The notes below the pieces were generated by a model, which saw only the letters and a program-made list of their open reading frames with translations, did no database searches and was not told the DNA's origin. Positions 14,866 through 32,504 of a stretch of DNA of 64,000 nt are shown piece by piece (the first letter of the stretch is position 1; every line of letters begins with the position of its first letter). A program made the position numbers and the translations under genes. This DNA is from the human T2T-CHM13v2.0 reference genome, Homo sapiens. Location: assembly GCF_009914755.1 (NCBI RefSeq), contig NC_060936.1; one strand, 5' to 3'.

Positions 14866-15400
14866 GTTAGGCCATTAAGTCTTGAAGTGGTCACTTAGGA
14901 CAGTGAGCTGAAGTAGTACTCAAGCCTGTATTCACTCACTGCAGCAGAGCTAGCAAGAGGCGGAAAGAACTGACAGCTCCTCAGCCCCATTTTCTCTGTG
15001 GAATGGCACTGGGCGATGGCCAGGTGGGTGCAGCACAGGCAGGGGGAGTTGTCTCACTGCTGAGAAACCCAAAAAATAAGGCTGCAGCCCCTTTATGACC
15101 CTGTGGGTCCAGGGCAGGGTTAGAGGGAAGGGCTAGGAGTGGAAAGGTACAGAATCTTAGTGGAGAAAAGTGTTTCAGCCACGGCCTTCCACTAAAGAGG
15201 CCTCTGACCAGAAGGGTCCTGGACATGGTAGGAGGGGGACTAAGTTCTAGAGTGCAACTCTCTGCAGAAAACTGCACCAAGTTTGCTGTGGCCAGAGCAG
15301 CTTGCCCTTGAGGCCTGCCAGGCAAAGCTTTGCAATTGCCTATGGTTGCATCTGAGAGGTCACCCATAGGATTTTGTCCTGGAGCTGGGCTGTCCAGAAA
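14866..15400 (-). mobile_element. Probable ERVL-class solo LTR (family uncertain, MER54/MER70-like)
   Basis: Abrupt ~535-bp GC-rich block. Begins TGTTAGG (LTR 3' end ...CCTAACA on the minus strand). A degenerate poly(A) signal on the minus strand lies about 60 bp from that end. Confidence 0.5.
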
Positions 15401-15424
15401 CTATCATTTAATGAAAGCTCACTA

Positions 15425-15545
15425 CTTGCCAGTCTGTGGCATTCAATCCTCATGGAAGCACTTGAGTTGGGCTTTTATTAACCCCGTTTTACAAATGGGT
15501 AAACAATGCTCAGAGAGATTATGTTACTTGCCCCATACTGTGCCA
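15425..15545 (-). mobile_element. MIR SINE
   Basis: TATTAACCCCGTTTTACAAATGGGTAAACAATGCTCAGAGAG. Confidence 0.7.
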
Positions 15546-16029
15546 TGAATCTCTTAACCAATGGCCAGCTAAAGTGTGACATGTTATGAGCCATCTATTG
15601 ATACATATTCATTACATTATTTTTTGTTGCAGTCTTGTACATTTATTGTATTAAATATTACTGCCAAAATTAATAGCTGGGGTATGAACAAGAGTGGAAC
15701 TTTTCCTGTGCATGACACTTGATAAACTTACAGGTTCAAATGGCTTTTGTGAGGAAGAGATCAAGTGATAGTGCTTTTAGTGGAGTTAAAGAACAAAGTA
15801 AAGAGAAAATCAAGAGAATTTCTGTTCTGAGAAGTAGAGAATTGTGAATATTTTCTGATCATGGAGATAATTCCAATTTTATAGTATAGGTAAGAAAATC
15901 TGAGTTTGTGTCTTAGAGTAATTTATCTACTTTAATCCTAGAGATGGGACAAGAAGTCAAAATTCCTGACTCTTAATTCAATACACCTTTTATTATATAA
16001 CAACAAGAGCTGCAACAGCAGTGGCTATT

Positions 16030-16145
16030 GCTAATATTCCAATTGCACAGATGAGGAAATGAACACTTTAAGATCAGTAGCTTCATCAGAATTTGAATGC
16101 AGGCTGATTAACTCCAGTTCTCATTGCTTTAATCACTACATAATA
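16030..16145 (-). mobile_element. MIR SINE fragment
   Basis: TTGCACAGATGAGGAAATGAA..GAATTTGAATGCAGG..ACTCCAG. Confidence 0.6.
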
Positions 16146-17399
16146 ATACCCTAACACTGCCCCATCCTACTTTAGTAATAGAGATCATGTTTTCTTAAGC
16201 ATAAATCATAATACCTGGCCTGAAAAATAAAAATAGAATACTTAAAGAAAAATAGGAACAAGTTTTACTTATTCAAATGATCATTATAACTATATACAGT
16301 TCTCCTGTCTCCAGAGTATAAAAAGTCATGCTATACTGAGAAAAATATAATATAGCTTTCATTTATTCACATTTTTATCAAGAAATAGTACATTATGAAT
16401 TAATTATTGGACTTACGTTATCCTGTTGATGATTTTTTACTGCCAGAATTTGCAGTTATTTACCACATTAAGTTGCAAAGCTAAATAAAGATAGCTGTAA
16501 TTTCAGTCTATAAACAGGAAGAATAATATCTTAATACTTTAAACTCTGGGTGGTTGCATCTGATGTAATAAATTGAAAGGAAGAAAGCTAAAAATAAAGC
16601 TCTGAATCAATGATGTAATGTATTTTATCATTCATATTGGGAAGTATAATTCACTTTATATTACACTGTGTTTTTTTTTTCTGATGTCATCTGTCACCTG
16701 TATTACTTTTAAACCAAACACATATAATTGTGGAAAATTATCTTATAATTTAGTGCTTTATACTTAAATGCTTTTGTAATAATTTTTTAATTTAGCTAAA
16801 GGAGCACAAATATTTTCCACAAATGTTTACAAAACACACCTATTTTAATTTCTCTCTGTTTTCTTTCTGTATCAAAATGGATGACTCCAAGTGGTAAGAT
16901 GTTAAGAGACAACTGAATATGGGGGTGGGGGATCTAGAAACTTTATCCCTTACCTCCAAGTCAGTAACCAATACAAGCCCAAGCCATTTCTGTCGTCAAT
17001 TGTGTCATATCCATTGTCTCAGCTTGTTTTGCATGTTAATTATAACAGCTATAAGGTGTTGTAGGAGTTGGCATCTCAGAATTTCATTTTCATCATGCCT
17101 TCTCCTATCCTTCTGAGCTATTCTGGAGCCAGGCACCCCCCTGGAGTAGGTAACCCTTGTCAACAGCACACTCTTGTCTCCACTTGAATTTTTTTTTCCT
17201 GCTATTCTTACCTCTCCAGGCATTCTTTCCGGTCAACAATTTACCCATTCTGAGTCTCTTTATTCCACGATGTGGTTAAATGATGTCTTGAAAGGTTCGT
17301 ACTGATCATTTGGTGTCATTTTTTTTTTAACACAAAGCCCTTGAAATTGCCTGGAGAATGATGTGTGTCATATGTTGTCCTATATGTGTTACAAAATAA

Positions 17400-17735
17400 A
17401 GACCTTTCCCTGGCCCATTTGCTCACCAGCTTCATGGCTTTGCTCCAACATGAGGTCCGTGGTGAGCATTTGCCTGATCACCCTCTTTAATTTGCAGCTC
17501 TCCATCTCTAGCACTTCCTGCCACCCTTCCCTATTCTTTTTTTCTCCATAGTACTAGCATCTTCTAATGTACTGCATTATGTACCTAGATTTTTTTTCCT
17601 ATCTACTTCTCACTAGATCAAAAGCTCTTTGAGGTCATGGATTTTGGGGTTTTGTTCACTGCAAAGAACTCCAGAGCCCAGAGCAAAGACTGGTACCTAG
17701 AAGCTCTTGAGTAAATTTTGTTGAAGGAATAAGGA
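17400..17735 (+). mobile_element. L2a 3' end
   Basis: CACTAGATCAAAAGCTCTTTGAGG..TTTTGTTCACTGC..GTAAATTTTGTTGAAGGAAT. Confidence 0.8.
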
Positions 17736-18565
17736 ATTATGGAGGAACAAAGCTTTGATTAGATTCCCAAAGGGGTCCATAATCTTAAAAAAAAAAAATG
17801 AACGTAAGGAAACACTGACTTAAGGTGTTCATTCATAGAGTCAAGCACAGATCCTCCCGATTTTAAATGTAGCTCTGATGTATAAAACAGTGAAGGTCAT
17901 AAAAAATGTGTGTGGCTTAAATATTGGCCACATGATTCAAATTTGTAATCTGTATTTCAAGGTATTGCACCTGCCATGCATTCTGGTATTTTAATAATGT
18001 TAAGGCTAGAAAAACTGTTAAGCCCTAAAGAAAATACCAAATAATCAGTGGCCAGATATCATAATATTGAGCTGTGACTGAAGACCCTCTGAAGACCTAT
18101 GCATAGCATTCTTTCTGATGCTTTTTGTGCCAGTCAATCTGACTTTCTATTGACCATATTGTACTTGCTGTTTTTATGATCTAATACCCAGGTTTCTTGC
18201 CTGTTTGTATCATGCAGTTGCAGGATATCCCAAATTGCAAATAGGCATATGCATCTTAAACGGATAACTTTTCCCTATCCAAATTGGTAGAGTTATTCAA
18301 AACTATAGAAAAATACACATATTTAGAATAATAGCCAGGAGTTATGCTAATGTCAGATTATTTTTTACAGATAGTAAGTAAAATAAGCATAATAGTGAAT
18401 TAAAAAGATAGATGTGTGACATTTAGGGAATGAGAACTTTGTTCAGTCAAGTGGTGTTCAGAAGTAATTCTGATTAAGTTTGAGGTTTGTTCTGTTTATC
18501 TTAAATCAAAGAACTAAAATCCCCAGTGATTTTGAATAACCCCATTGCTTCTCTATATTTTGTCA

Positions 18566-19111
<546 letters not shown>

Positions 19112-19145
<34 letters not shown>
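19112..19145. repeat. (AC)17 microsatellite
   Basis: Counted directly. Confidence 0.97.
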
Positions 19146-19146
<1 letters not shown>

Positions 19147-20333
19147 AGAAGGGTTGAAATGGTATATTACCATACTCTAAAAATATAATTACTTTCAAAG
19201 ATGTTTACCAGTACTATTTAGTTGACTGATTATACTATAAAAGAAAAGGTCTTTGATGCCATCCACAGTAGAAATAAAGTGTTACCAGAAATGACAAAAT
19301 AAAATGGTACAGGAAAAGACAGTCATCTGAATGGAAGTGATATGGAGCCATAAAGACTGAATGCCACATCTACTTATTACAGAACGTTATGAACAATCCT
19401 CCTCCAAATCTGCCAGAGCCCAGTGAAGATGTTTTCAACTGTTTCTCCAATCACTTGAACAGTGGCAGCCATTCATCAGTACATCACCATTTATGTCATC
19501 ATAATTATCTTAAAGCACAGAAGGGAAATTCATGAGGGTTTCTTTAGGCTGGAGGCTAATTTTAATTAAGTATTGGGGCAGAAGTCAGACTTACTGACTA
19601 CAGAATAATTTTTTGTGCTGCTCTGAGAATTTGTGAGTATTCAAGAAAGTTCACAACACCGTTAGTATTATATGAACTGTCTATTTAACTTGGATATAAT
19701 AGGTCAAAAAAAAAGACTGACTCTTGGATTTTGAAAGGCCTTTTGCCAAAAAAAGAAAGTGTATGGTGGATTAAAGTGTTAACTGGGTTAAGGATCCCAG
19801 GAGAATGTTATCATCTTCCTTAATAAAAAGGCTACCTTTGTTCTGGGTATGCCATGCTCAGGAGGCTACCATGCTCTGAGTTTTATGAATCAGACAATTG
19901 TAATATCATTGCCAAGTATAAGCATGAGTTTTCTTAGAAAGAAAACAAAGTTCAGATTGACAGCTTCCTTTAAGTAGCTCAAGGAAACAATGTTCCTTAG
20001 TACTTCATTAGCTATTTCTATGAAATTCAATAGTATATACAATGAACTGAGGTGATTTTCTCAAACTCTTTGTGTTTTTATATGTGAAATAAATGAATTG
20101 TTCCTACAGAGATAATCTCACAGAATTTAAAAATCAGACAGAAGAAGTGTTTATGCTGGAGTATCAGCCTGGATGGGATTTAACGCTTAGATTCTTAAAG
20201 AATTCTGAAGATATGACATCCTTTTTTCCAAAAATATAAATTCTCTCCCTGAAGTAAACCTATGACCTCAATCAAATTCTGCATGATGTAGTGCTTCATA
20301 ATTTCCCCCATTCTTTCACTAATTCATCTAATT

Positions 20334-20438
20334 GCACATCATTTCATCTAATGTTTACACTGATAACCTGAGACAGATGATCTGTCTCAGGTGATCTGTC
20401 TCGGGTTATCAGTGTAAACATTAGATGAAATAATGTGC
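20334..20438. repeat. Long inverted repeat with 45-bp arms and a nested 13-bp hairpin
   Basis: 20334-20378 versus the reverse complement of 20394-20438 match at 43/45. Inner perfect IR at 20366-20378 / 20380-20392. Confidence 0.97.
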
Positions 20439-23400
20439 CTGTTTAACTTAGTAATGGACCACGCAAAATATGAACCTGAAGATGCTCACTATGGCACACC
20501 CCAGAATTGTTTAATGAAAGAATCTTTTAAAGTTCCCTATTCAAATAAAACAGAGTGCCAGACAGGATTCTTAAAAAGTCTTATAACCAAAAATGGCAGG
20601 TTCAAGATCACAACCAAAATTCCCTGTGCACTGTGATGTCTGTTAAATCTGCTTTCTCATTAAACAGCAGATTCTCTGCATTTCAAGTAAGCATGAGTAG
20701 CCTGTTATGATTGCACACTACATGAATACTGCTTGACCCAGACCCCACTCCCTCAGGCCATGACCTTTTCCTTGTCTTACTCCCTATCTGCTATATCAAA
20801 GCATAGGAATAGTTGCAGTTCTGGTATCTGCTTTCCTTGAGTTTCACATTATTCTTTAAAAGAACTCCATGACCTCTGGCACCATTGGATGTGGTGCCCT
20901 TGGATTTTTTCATTTGTAACCCTTGTTGTGCTGGCCTTCAGAAGTCTTGTGAATGAATGCTTAGGGCTTGGGTCCTGAGAGATTTCCCATTTTATTAACA
21001 GACTTTCTCTACCTTCAGAGTCCAAGGTGAGGTCAATGACATTCTCTACATTTCTTACTAGGAAGAGACTCTCTTTTGCCAGGCTGGAAGCTAAGGGATG
21101 ATCCAACTGTATATATTTTTTTAAATACAATAATTTTTGTTACACATAAAGTTGGTGGACTTAGTGGTTTTTCCCAAGTTTCCACAAGCGGCTTTTGTCA
21201 GAGCTGGTTCATGACCTGATTCGTATTGCTGTGTTGGGGATTTCCTTATAATTCAACAGTAATCATTTTTCAAAGCCATCTGTGTCTCTTCTGGAGACCA
21301 GAAATCACAAACCGGATAACATTTTTGAATATAGTGGACATTGCTGCTGGGGAGGGCACTATGTCAGCACAATTTAAAGTAAGCCACCCCCTCTCCAGCT
21401 TTAAGTTGATCAAGCAGAGTACACACGCTCTTTAGGTTCTGGGTAAGGGACAGTGCATTCCATGTGAAAGTAGGGAGGTTTTTGAAACTTTATATTAGAG
21501 GACACTTATACATCCATGATTGCCTCAGTTGCAGATTTTTAGCCCTGACTGCCTTCCTAGCCCCTCTACTTATCACTGGAATGTGTTCAGGCAGGATAAC
21601 TGTAATGAATATTCATTACTCTGAAGAAATAATAACTAGTAACTGCGTCTCCTGTTAAAATACAAAACAAAAATCATGCCACCCAATCAAAGGTCATATT
21701 TGTGATTTCTAGATTATTGCTTTGCTCGATTATCTTTATTTCTGCTTCTCTCCACTGGCATGTATCCCAAAGAATTTATCATTACTGATAAGTTATACAT
21801 GCAATCTGTTAGAAATAAGGATGGCCTGTTTTAATAGTAGTGTGGAATCAATAACATCCTAGTCTTCCTTCCTTGGAAATGGTAGATTCCAAATAAAGTG
21901 TATTTCATCTATATCACTGCACTTGAAAATTTTTCGTCTTTTTTGAAGTCATTTGTTATTCTTAGGCAGTGTTTCAATTATTTTAGAAATTTTCAGAAAA
22001 AAATAGATTTTTGTCTTTCATTTCCAACTCTTATACTTGCTTTTATTTGTAATAGTCACATGCATGGTAGTTCTTTTATATTAACACACAGCTAATCTCT
22101 TTTTTTACCCAGAAAACAAGAAAATCTGTATTTCAGTCACATTCAAAAATAACAATGTACTCTTTGTTTTGTCTCTGAGCTGCCTGAATCTGCCATGGTA
22201 GGATTAATTTAAAGTAATTCCCATCACTTTCCCTGTGGTTTAATGGAGTGTGTAGGTGTGTGTGTACACACGTGCATGTGTGTTTTCAAAAAGAAATATC
22301 AAGGATATATCAAACAGAAATTCATTCATGAACTCACATTGCCTCCTATAGTAACATGATGTATTGAATGAAAAACACTCATTAGGGCTAAACAGATACA
22401 GGGAGTTAGGAGCTGATTTAGACTTGATAAGCCCTTGTGCAGTAAGATTGCTCTGTTGCCATTCCGGGTTTTATAAATTTCTCAATTGCTTTATTCAGGA
22501 TTTTTATTAGAGAAAAATATATGTATGTTAACATGCCTTTGTGCCATCAGCATTAAAAACTCATTTGTTGGCATTTACATTGCCTAATTTTCCGGTAACA
22601 TCATTCATTGCAGAAAGGATCAGATTTGGTCTGTTGTGACACACATAACAGCAAAAACACTGCAAGGTAGTATAGCTAACTTGCCTATCTATTTGACTCC
22701 CATGTTGTTAGAGTGATGGTGGCATGCAAATAGATTTCCCTGGAGGTATGATTATTCCAGAGTGATGGTTTTTCCTAATTATGTACTGAATGGCATGGCA
22801 TCTTTTCTTAGACTTTATAAGAATTTACTTAGTCATTTTTACTGTTTCAAAATTATATTAGTTTCATTTATTTTTACTAAATAGTGATGACAGAAAAACC
22901 TGAAGCTATTATTTTATAGGGCCCAGCCCTAACTTTGCTATATGACAGTGAATAGTTCTCACATTTTCTGAACTGTGATTTCCTTATTTGTCAATTACAG
23001 TTACTAAACTACATCTTGAGTTGTGGTCAGTTCTAGTACCAAAAATTTATGGTTCCATGAAAGCAGGCTGATAATTCTTATTGTTGAAGTTATTCTGAAA
23101 AAGACAGGATCATTATACAGTAGCATTTTCAAACTACCATGGCACTGTTTGTAACTAAATTTAAAGTATATTAAATTTAAAAATCATTGAAATTATAATT
23201 GTTTTAATAAGTGAATTATTTGAAGATTTACTTACATTAGTTCTTTGTTTCTAAACAAAGACGAGGTATATAAAAAAATTTTTTTTGACTATTTCTAAAA
23301 GGCCAGTTTTAGAAAATTGCAAAGACATGTTGTAGAATGCCATCTGAAGCAGTGGAACCACTGAGATTATAAATCAATTACGGAACTGCATGCTAAAAAA

Positions 23401-23777
23401 GTAAGAGCTGAAATTTAGATTCCTAAGTTTTAATGAAATGCTCTCTTCATATACTGTTGCGGAATATTTATTTTCATAATAAAGCAGGTGTAAGGTGATG
23501 CTCATGTAGCCTCACCTGCCCTTCAGCAGAGGATGGTAAATAAGGAATGGCATTATTATGCTTTCCCTGGTTCATGATACACTGAATGTGCAATAAGAAA
23601 AAAAATTCCTTTGCTATTTTTCCATAGGCAGTTCCTGGATCTGTAAGCGGGTGTTCATTGGCTGCATCCTCAAGGCCTAGAATTTGGCAGCTCATTGTGA
23701 AATTTATATGGTTCTAGATGAAGTTTCTCTTATCCTTACATGTTTAGCACATCAGGAGAGGGATAACAAAGAAATCT

Positions 23778-25185
<1,408 letters not shown>

Positions 25186-26671
25186 AACAAAGAAATCTGT
25201 TTCCAGATGTAGCAGAGAATCACTCTCTGATTGGCCCCCGTCAGAAAGCAATATTGGCCCTTTGAGGAATATTCATTTTAGTGAATTTATTGCTCCTTGA
25301 TTAATAGAAACCTCAAAAAAGCCAACCTTTGGAAAGCATCTGCTTGATAATATATATTGATAGTTTTCCTTTAAACCCCCCAATTTATAGAGCTACTACT
25401 AAGACTGTCACTGTATTTTTCAAAATTATCTTGGCAAGTATTGAAACCTGTAATTTTCTTTACCTTCAAAACATGTACATAAAGAATACCTTCTCTGAAA
25501 TCACACATTTGGAATTCTCATGTAAATTAGGAATATGAGCAGCCAGGATTAAAATAGAAACTCAAGACCATTGGTCAGAAAAGTTATCTTAGAAAAGTTC
25601 AAATGTATTTTTCAGAGCTTCAAAACAGAGAAATCTAGAACCTAGGCTGAGGGTATGGGTGTATTCCATTTATAAAAAGGGACTTCCATAATCACAATGT
25701 GAAACAATTTTTGTGGAAAATATAAGATTTTCATGTTATCACTGATAGAGATATCTAACTAGAAAGACAGACTGTTTAATGATGGTTTCTGGATTCCTGG
25801 GATAAGAGTTTTTAGTCACATTTGAGCACATAGGAAGCTTTTGCGGTTCATCTAAATGTACATATTAGTCATGTATGGGATGGAATAATCACATGCATAA
25901 AAACCCTAAAGGACAACGTTTTCTTCTCTCAGTTGCTCTTCAGTGGTTATATAAATGTGTCCTTTAAAAGTTGGTTGGATGAGAGCTGTATTTTCTAGCT
26001 CATTGAATCTCCTGAAATTGGAGATGGTTACTTAACCCTACGACAGATGGAGACAGCCTGTCTCAGCCTTCAAAGATGAAATGTCAATGAGCACGAGTGA
26101 ATAAATATGGGACTAATTGAAGTGGACCGGCTGAGAGACTGAGGAAGGATGCATTCCTGGCACTCCTCAGACCCCAGCTTTTGAAGCCAGCCAACAGTCT
26201 GTGTAAATGACCCCACTAACCTACACCGGAAGGGGTTAGAAGGTTACCTAAACACACAGTCCTTTAGAAACCTATTAGAAACACCTTTCAGAGCATTGAA
26301 ATATGCTGAATTCCTAAATATGCCTCGTCTGTCTTATCAATTATAAAGTAAGAATTAAAGAATACTGGTTTGGAGATGAGCACTGTAATTTTATGTTGTT
26401 CAGATATAAACTTTTAAAGTAGTACAATCAAATATGAACTCTTCATCTTGATAGCAATAGGTATGGCTCAAGCCCTAGGACCTTCTCACCTGATGTATTA
26501 TTGTGCCATTGTGTTTCTTTTGCAACAATATATACCTCCTAGGAAAATAAGAAAAAGGCCAAAAAATGAAACAAAACTAAAAACAATATGGGTTTAAAGT
26601 TTAGCTTTTCAGTATTATAGTTTTTCTTAGAAAATATTAAACTAACAAAGAAGATAAGCAATTATATTAAC

Positions 26672-26999
26672 CAGGGCCACACATTCGAAAAACTTAGAAG
26701 GGCTAGGCAGACTTCACCCATGAAGGATCAGGGAGTGAGTTCCTATGCACACAGTGTGCTTTTGAATGGTGAGGATTTTGGGGAACTAGACACATAAGTT
26801 AATTTAAAAGCATGTGGGCCCAGAAATGCTAGACCTTATGTTTTTTAGAAAAAAATAGAAACCTAAATTTAGATGTAAAACATCTCAATTTTTAAATGCT
26901 GGTTTGAAAATTTTAAAAACCCTCTATGAAGAACCAAACCACATACACGCGGGCCTCAGGGGCCATTTGGCATACAGGCAATCAGTTTACAACCTTTGA
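26672..26999 (-). mobile_element. MER102-like hAT-Charlie element
   Basis: The reverse complement reads AAAGGTTGTAAACTG..GGCCCGCGTGTATGTGGTTTGG..CATTTAAAAATTGAGATG..TCTGGGCCCACAT, as in the recalled MER102 consensus. Confidence 0.7.
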
Positions 27000-27279
27000 T
27001 GAAATGCATAGATATGCACAAACTTAAAGCTTTGTGTATCACAGGCACACCAAAAATATTTGTTTAACCAGCTTGAACATTACCAGGCATCAGCATTACG
27101 TAATTTCATTTCCAAATGTATAACACTCATTTTTTTTCATTGTTGAACTTTCAAAGTTAAATTAAAGCTAAAGAGTTATATTTAACTGTGTAAGTTAGTA
27201 ACTTAGCCATTTCAGGAATCAAATTAATCCCAGAGAAAATAAACTCTACATTTATTTGAAATATTTTTTACAGTCTGAT

Positions 27280-27900
27280 AACCCATGTTTACTGAGCACC
27301 TAGATTAAAAGACATTGAAGAGTGATTGAATAGTTTCTAACCAAAGAAGTTTGCAATCTAGTGAATAAGAAAGACTACCTTTAATATAACACAGATAAAA
27401 GTAAATGTACAAATGTCATGAGGGACAGAAGAAAATTATCTTATTTGTGCCTTTGTAGCACAAAGGCAGGAAAGATTGATTCTTTGCAGGGATCAAAGAT
27501 CAAAGAAATCACCTTGAAGGAAGTGGCATTTCAGATGTGTATGACAGAGTGAGACATAGCAGAATTGGGGGCAGGGTGCTTCACAGTACTTGGACTGAGC
27601 ATTGGGAAATCTGGCATGGCTGGAGCACAGAGGAAACGAAGGTGAGGCGGGAGGCTCATTTAGGGCAAGATTACAGAGAGCCTTGGGTGTCATGTTGGTG
27701 CCTGTTTTAGGATTTTATAGAAGGAGAAGAAGATAAGGCTGGTGCATTGCAAAACAAATTAGAGATGAAGGAAAAGAGACTAAGAGAGAAGAAAGGTCAG
27801 TTAGGAGGCCTTTTCAATAGTATGGGCAATAGATAATGAGGACTTGAATGGGTGTGGGGGAGTGGGACTCTGAAGAGGTGATAGATTTGGATGTCATAGC
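27280..27900 (-). mobile_element. L2 remnant
   Basis: TTTACTGAGCACCT..GGCTGGAGCACAGAGG..AGTTAGGAGGCCTTTTCAATAG..GATAATGAGGACTTGAA. Confidence 0.7.
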
Positions 27901-28743
27901 ATATGACAGTCTGGGGATTGTTTTTTTGTTTCTTTTTGCCAATATGGCAAGTGAAACAATTAGACCTAGATCTTAATTTTTTCTTCCCACTTTATTAGCT
28001 CACCATTCTTTCTGAATTTCAGCACAATCAATAGAATAAGGAAGGTGTGATAAGACCATAGATACTTGGATTTTCTTTCATAGCCCCATAACAATTTATA
28101 TTTTAAGCTTCTGCATCTATTTTATTTTATGTGTGGGGTTTATTGAAGAGGGGGCTCCAGAGAAGATAGAAAATGTCTTTTTCATAATATTATACTCTAA
28201 AAATGGAAGACTGATAACATTTCAAATGTTTACACAGGAAACATTTAACATAAGTAACAGATTGCAAAAAGGCAAGAAGGATTAGAATTCACAAAACTAA
28301 CTTGCATCATTGGAAAAATAAAACATGAAAATAAAAAACATAATTAGGTGATATTAACTTGTAATCATTATACCTTCTTGATATTGGTGCCCCCTCGTAG
28401 GCACTTCTTGGGAAAAATGGGAATCTAGAGTTTTCAAATGGACAGAGCATACAGTCCAGAAATACTTGATGAAATAAAGTAATTATTTCATAATATTTTA
28501 AAAAGAAATGTATTTCCTAGTTTTTTCTCATAAAATGGAAGTATAAAACATCTGACAAAATTAAGGTCACTAAATATGGGCACGTTTGTAGCAAACACCT
28601 TTATGGATCATATTGGCCATGTTATTGCTATAGATGTTTAAATAAATGTCTCAATTACAAGCTTTCCTGATTTTATTGCTACTGTATTCCCAGTATGTGT
28701 TGCTTTGTAATGTATGGTAAAATAATCTAATTTAATACTTTAA

Positions 28744-30706
<1,963 letters not shown>

Positions 30707-31463
30707 ACTATAGGGGATAAATCTGCCACCTGTTCTGTTTTCCCAATTTGGAAATAGTGTAATAACATAGGGAAATTACATGCTTTACTGTGTTCAATTC
30801 ATTTACCAAATATTAGCTGAGTACTACCAGGTAAAAGGTGCCATATGCTATTGGGGGTAAGAAAGGTGACAAAAGACACATCAAATAAGTCATTTTCAAG
30901 AAATCGGATTTTATTTTACGAAGCTTTAGAAAGTCAAATTGTCCTTTCTTAAACAGCTTATATTTTCTGCTGATTCACTGGGAAGCATATATACCGGAGA
31001 TGCTACAGGAGTTAACAGAGTTGTGTAATGTAGGATTTTGAAGAATATAAAAGCACATATTTAAAAAGGCAAATGTTAAAAATGAAAACCTTGAAATGGA
31101 TTGGGCTAAATTTTTTTCAGAGAAAAGATATTTGATAGTATTTTAAACCCTGATATATCCATTATGAGAATCAGTTTTCCCTTTTTAGAGAGTTCTAATG
31201 TGTGCATTTTTTTAAAGGCACGTATTGCCCACTTGGGCAGCATGGAGTAAATCACTGAAGCAGGCAGCAGTTCATGTTGCTGAAAATGCGGCAAATTGTA
31301 TTGCATATTGTATTTTCTTTCTTCTCTTTGCTCACTGCTTTGAAAAATTTGTCCTTGTAAGTATTACTATTATAATTGAATTTACATTAATTGTAAGCAT
31401 TTGACAAATTTCTAGCTAATGTTTGCCAGAAGTCTTTTTGAGGGTGATTTCCTTAATATTTGT

Positions 31464-31530
31464 TTCTTGATATCTCCATCAATGACATAATGAGATTCTT
31501 GATATCTTCATCAACGACATAATGAGATTC
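31464..31530. repeat. 32-bp tandem duplication
   Basis: TTCTTGATATCTYCATCAAYGACATAATGAGA twice, with 2 mismatches. Confidence 0.92.
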
Positions 31531-31781
31531 AATTCCCATATGTGCATCCAAGGACCACACAAGGCCCTGTCTCAAAACATAATGGGTGTAATAACTGTAG
31601 TTTTTCAGCATCATACTAAAAAGTAAAAAGCTAAAATCTAAATTTTAGAGGTGCATCTACTAGAAGTAGCTGAAGAGGCATTTAATGTATACTTTGTGTC
31701 TGCTTTTGGCTGCCAGATATGTAGTTACAATGAAGACAGTGAACGCATCAATAAAATCACTCAAATTGGCTGCCAATGACT

Positions 31782-32149
31782 CAAATAGTCTGTTCAAGCT
31801 GCTATAACAAAGTACCATAAATTAGGTGGCTTATAAACAATAGAAATTTATTTCTCACAGTTCTGGAGGCTGGGAAGTTCAAGGTCAAGGTGCTGGCAGA
31901 TGCGGTGTCTGGTGGGGATTCACTTCCTTGTAGACAGGGCCTTCGTGTTGTGTCCTCACATGGTGGACGGGGCCAGCTAACTCTCTGGGATCTCTTTGAT
32001 ATAAGCGCACTAATCCTATTCACTATTCATAAGGGCAAAGCCCTTATTACCTACTCACCTCTCAAAGACCCACCTCCTAATACTATCATCTTGGGGGTTA
32101 GGATTTCAACATATGAATTTTGGGGGAACACAACATTCAGACCATAGCG
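31782..32149 (-). mobile_element. MLT1A-type MaLR solo LTR
   Basis: TAGTCTGTTCAAGCTGCTATAACAAAGTACCAT..CTCACAGTTCTGGAGGCTGGGAAG..CATTCAGACCATAGC. Confidence 0.9.
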
Positions 32150-32289
32150 TATATAAACTACTTGTCTCTTGATCTACTAATTCTGTATTGATTATGGATT
32201 ATGAAGTTTTAGAGTGGTAAAACTTCAGTATCTATTTTGCTCCTCCCCCCTCCCAACCCCCAGCTCTTTTAGCTCTTTCCTTATTATTC

Positions 32290-32504
32290 CAAGTTGTGTA
32301 TCCCTTATCCAAAATGCTCAAGACCAGAAGTGTTTCAGATTTTGGATTTTTTTAATATATTTTGGAATATACCTTTATGGGTACAGTATCCCTCATCCTA
32401 AAATTGAAAATTGCAGATTCTCCAGTGAACATTTCCTTTGAGTATTTTGCTGGTGCTCACAAGGTTTCAAATTCTGGATTTTTGGATTATGAATACTCAA
32501 TCTG
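32290..32504. mobile_element. Tigger4a/MER46-type MITE
   Basis: TIRs CAAGTTGTGTATCCCTTATCCAAAA / TTTTGGATTATGAATACTCAATCTG; internal GACCAGAAGTGTTTCAGATTTTGG. Confidence 0.85.
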
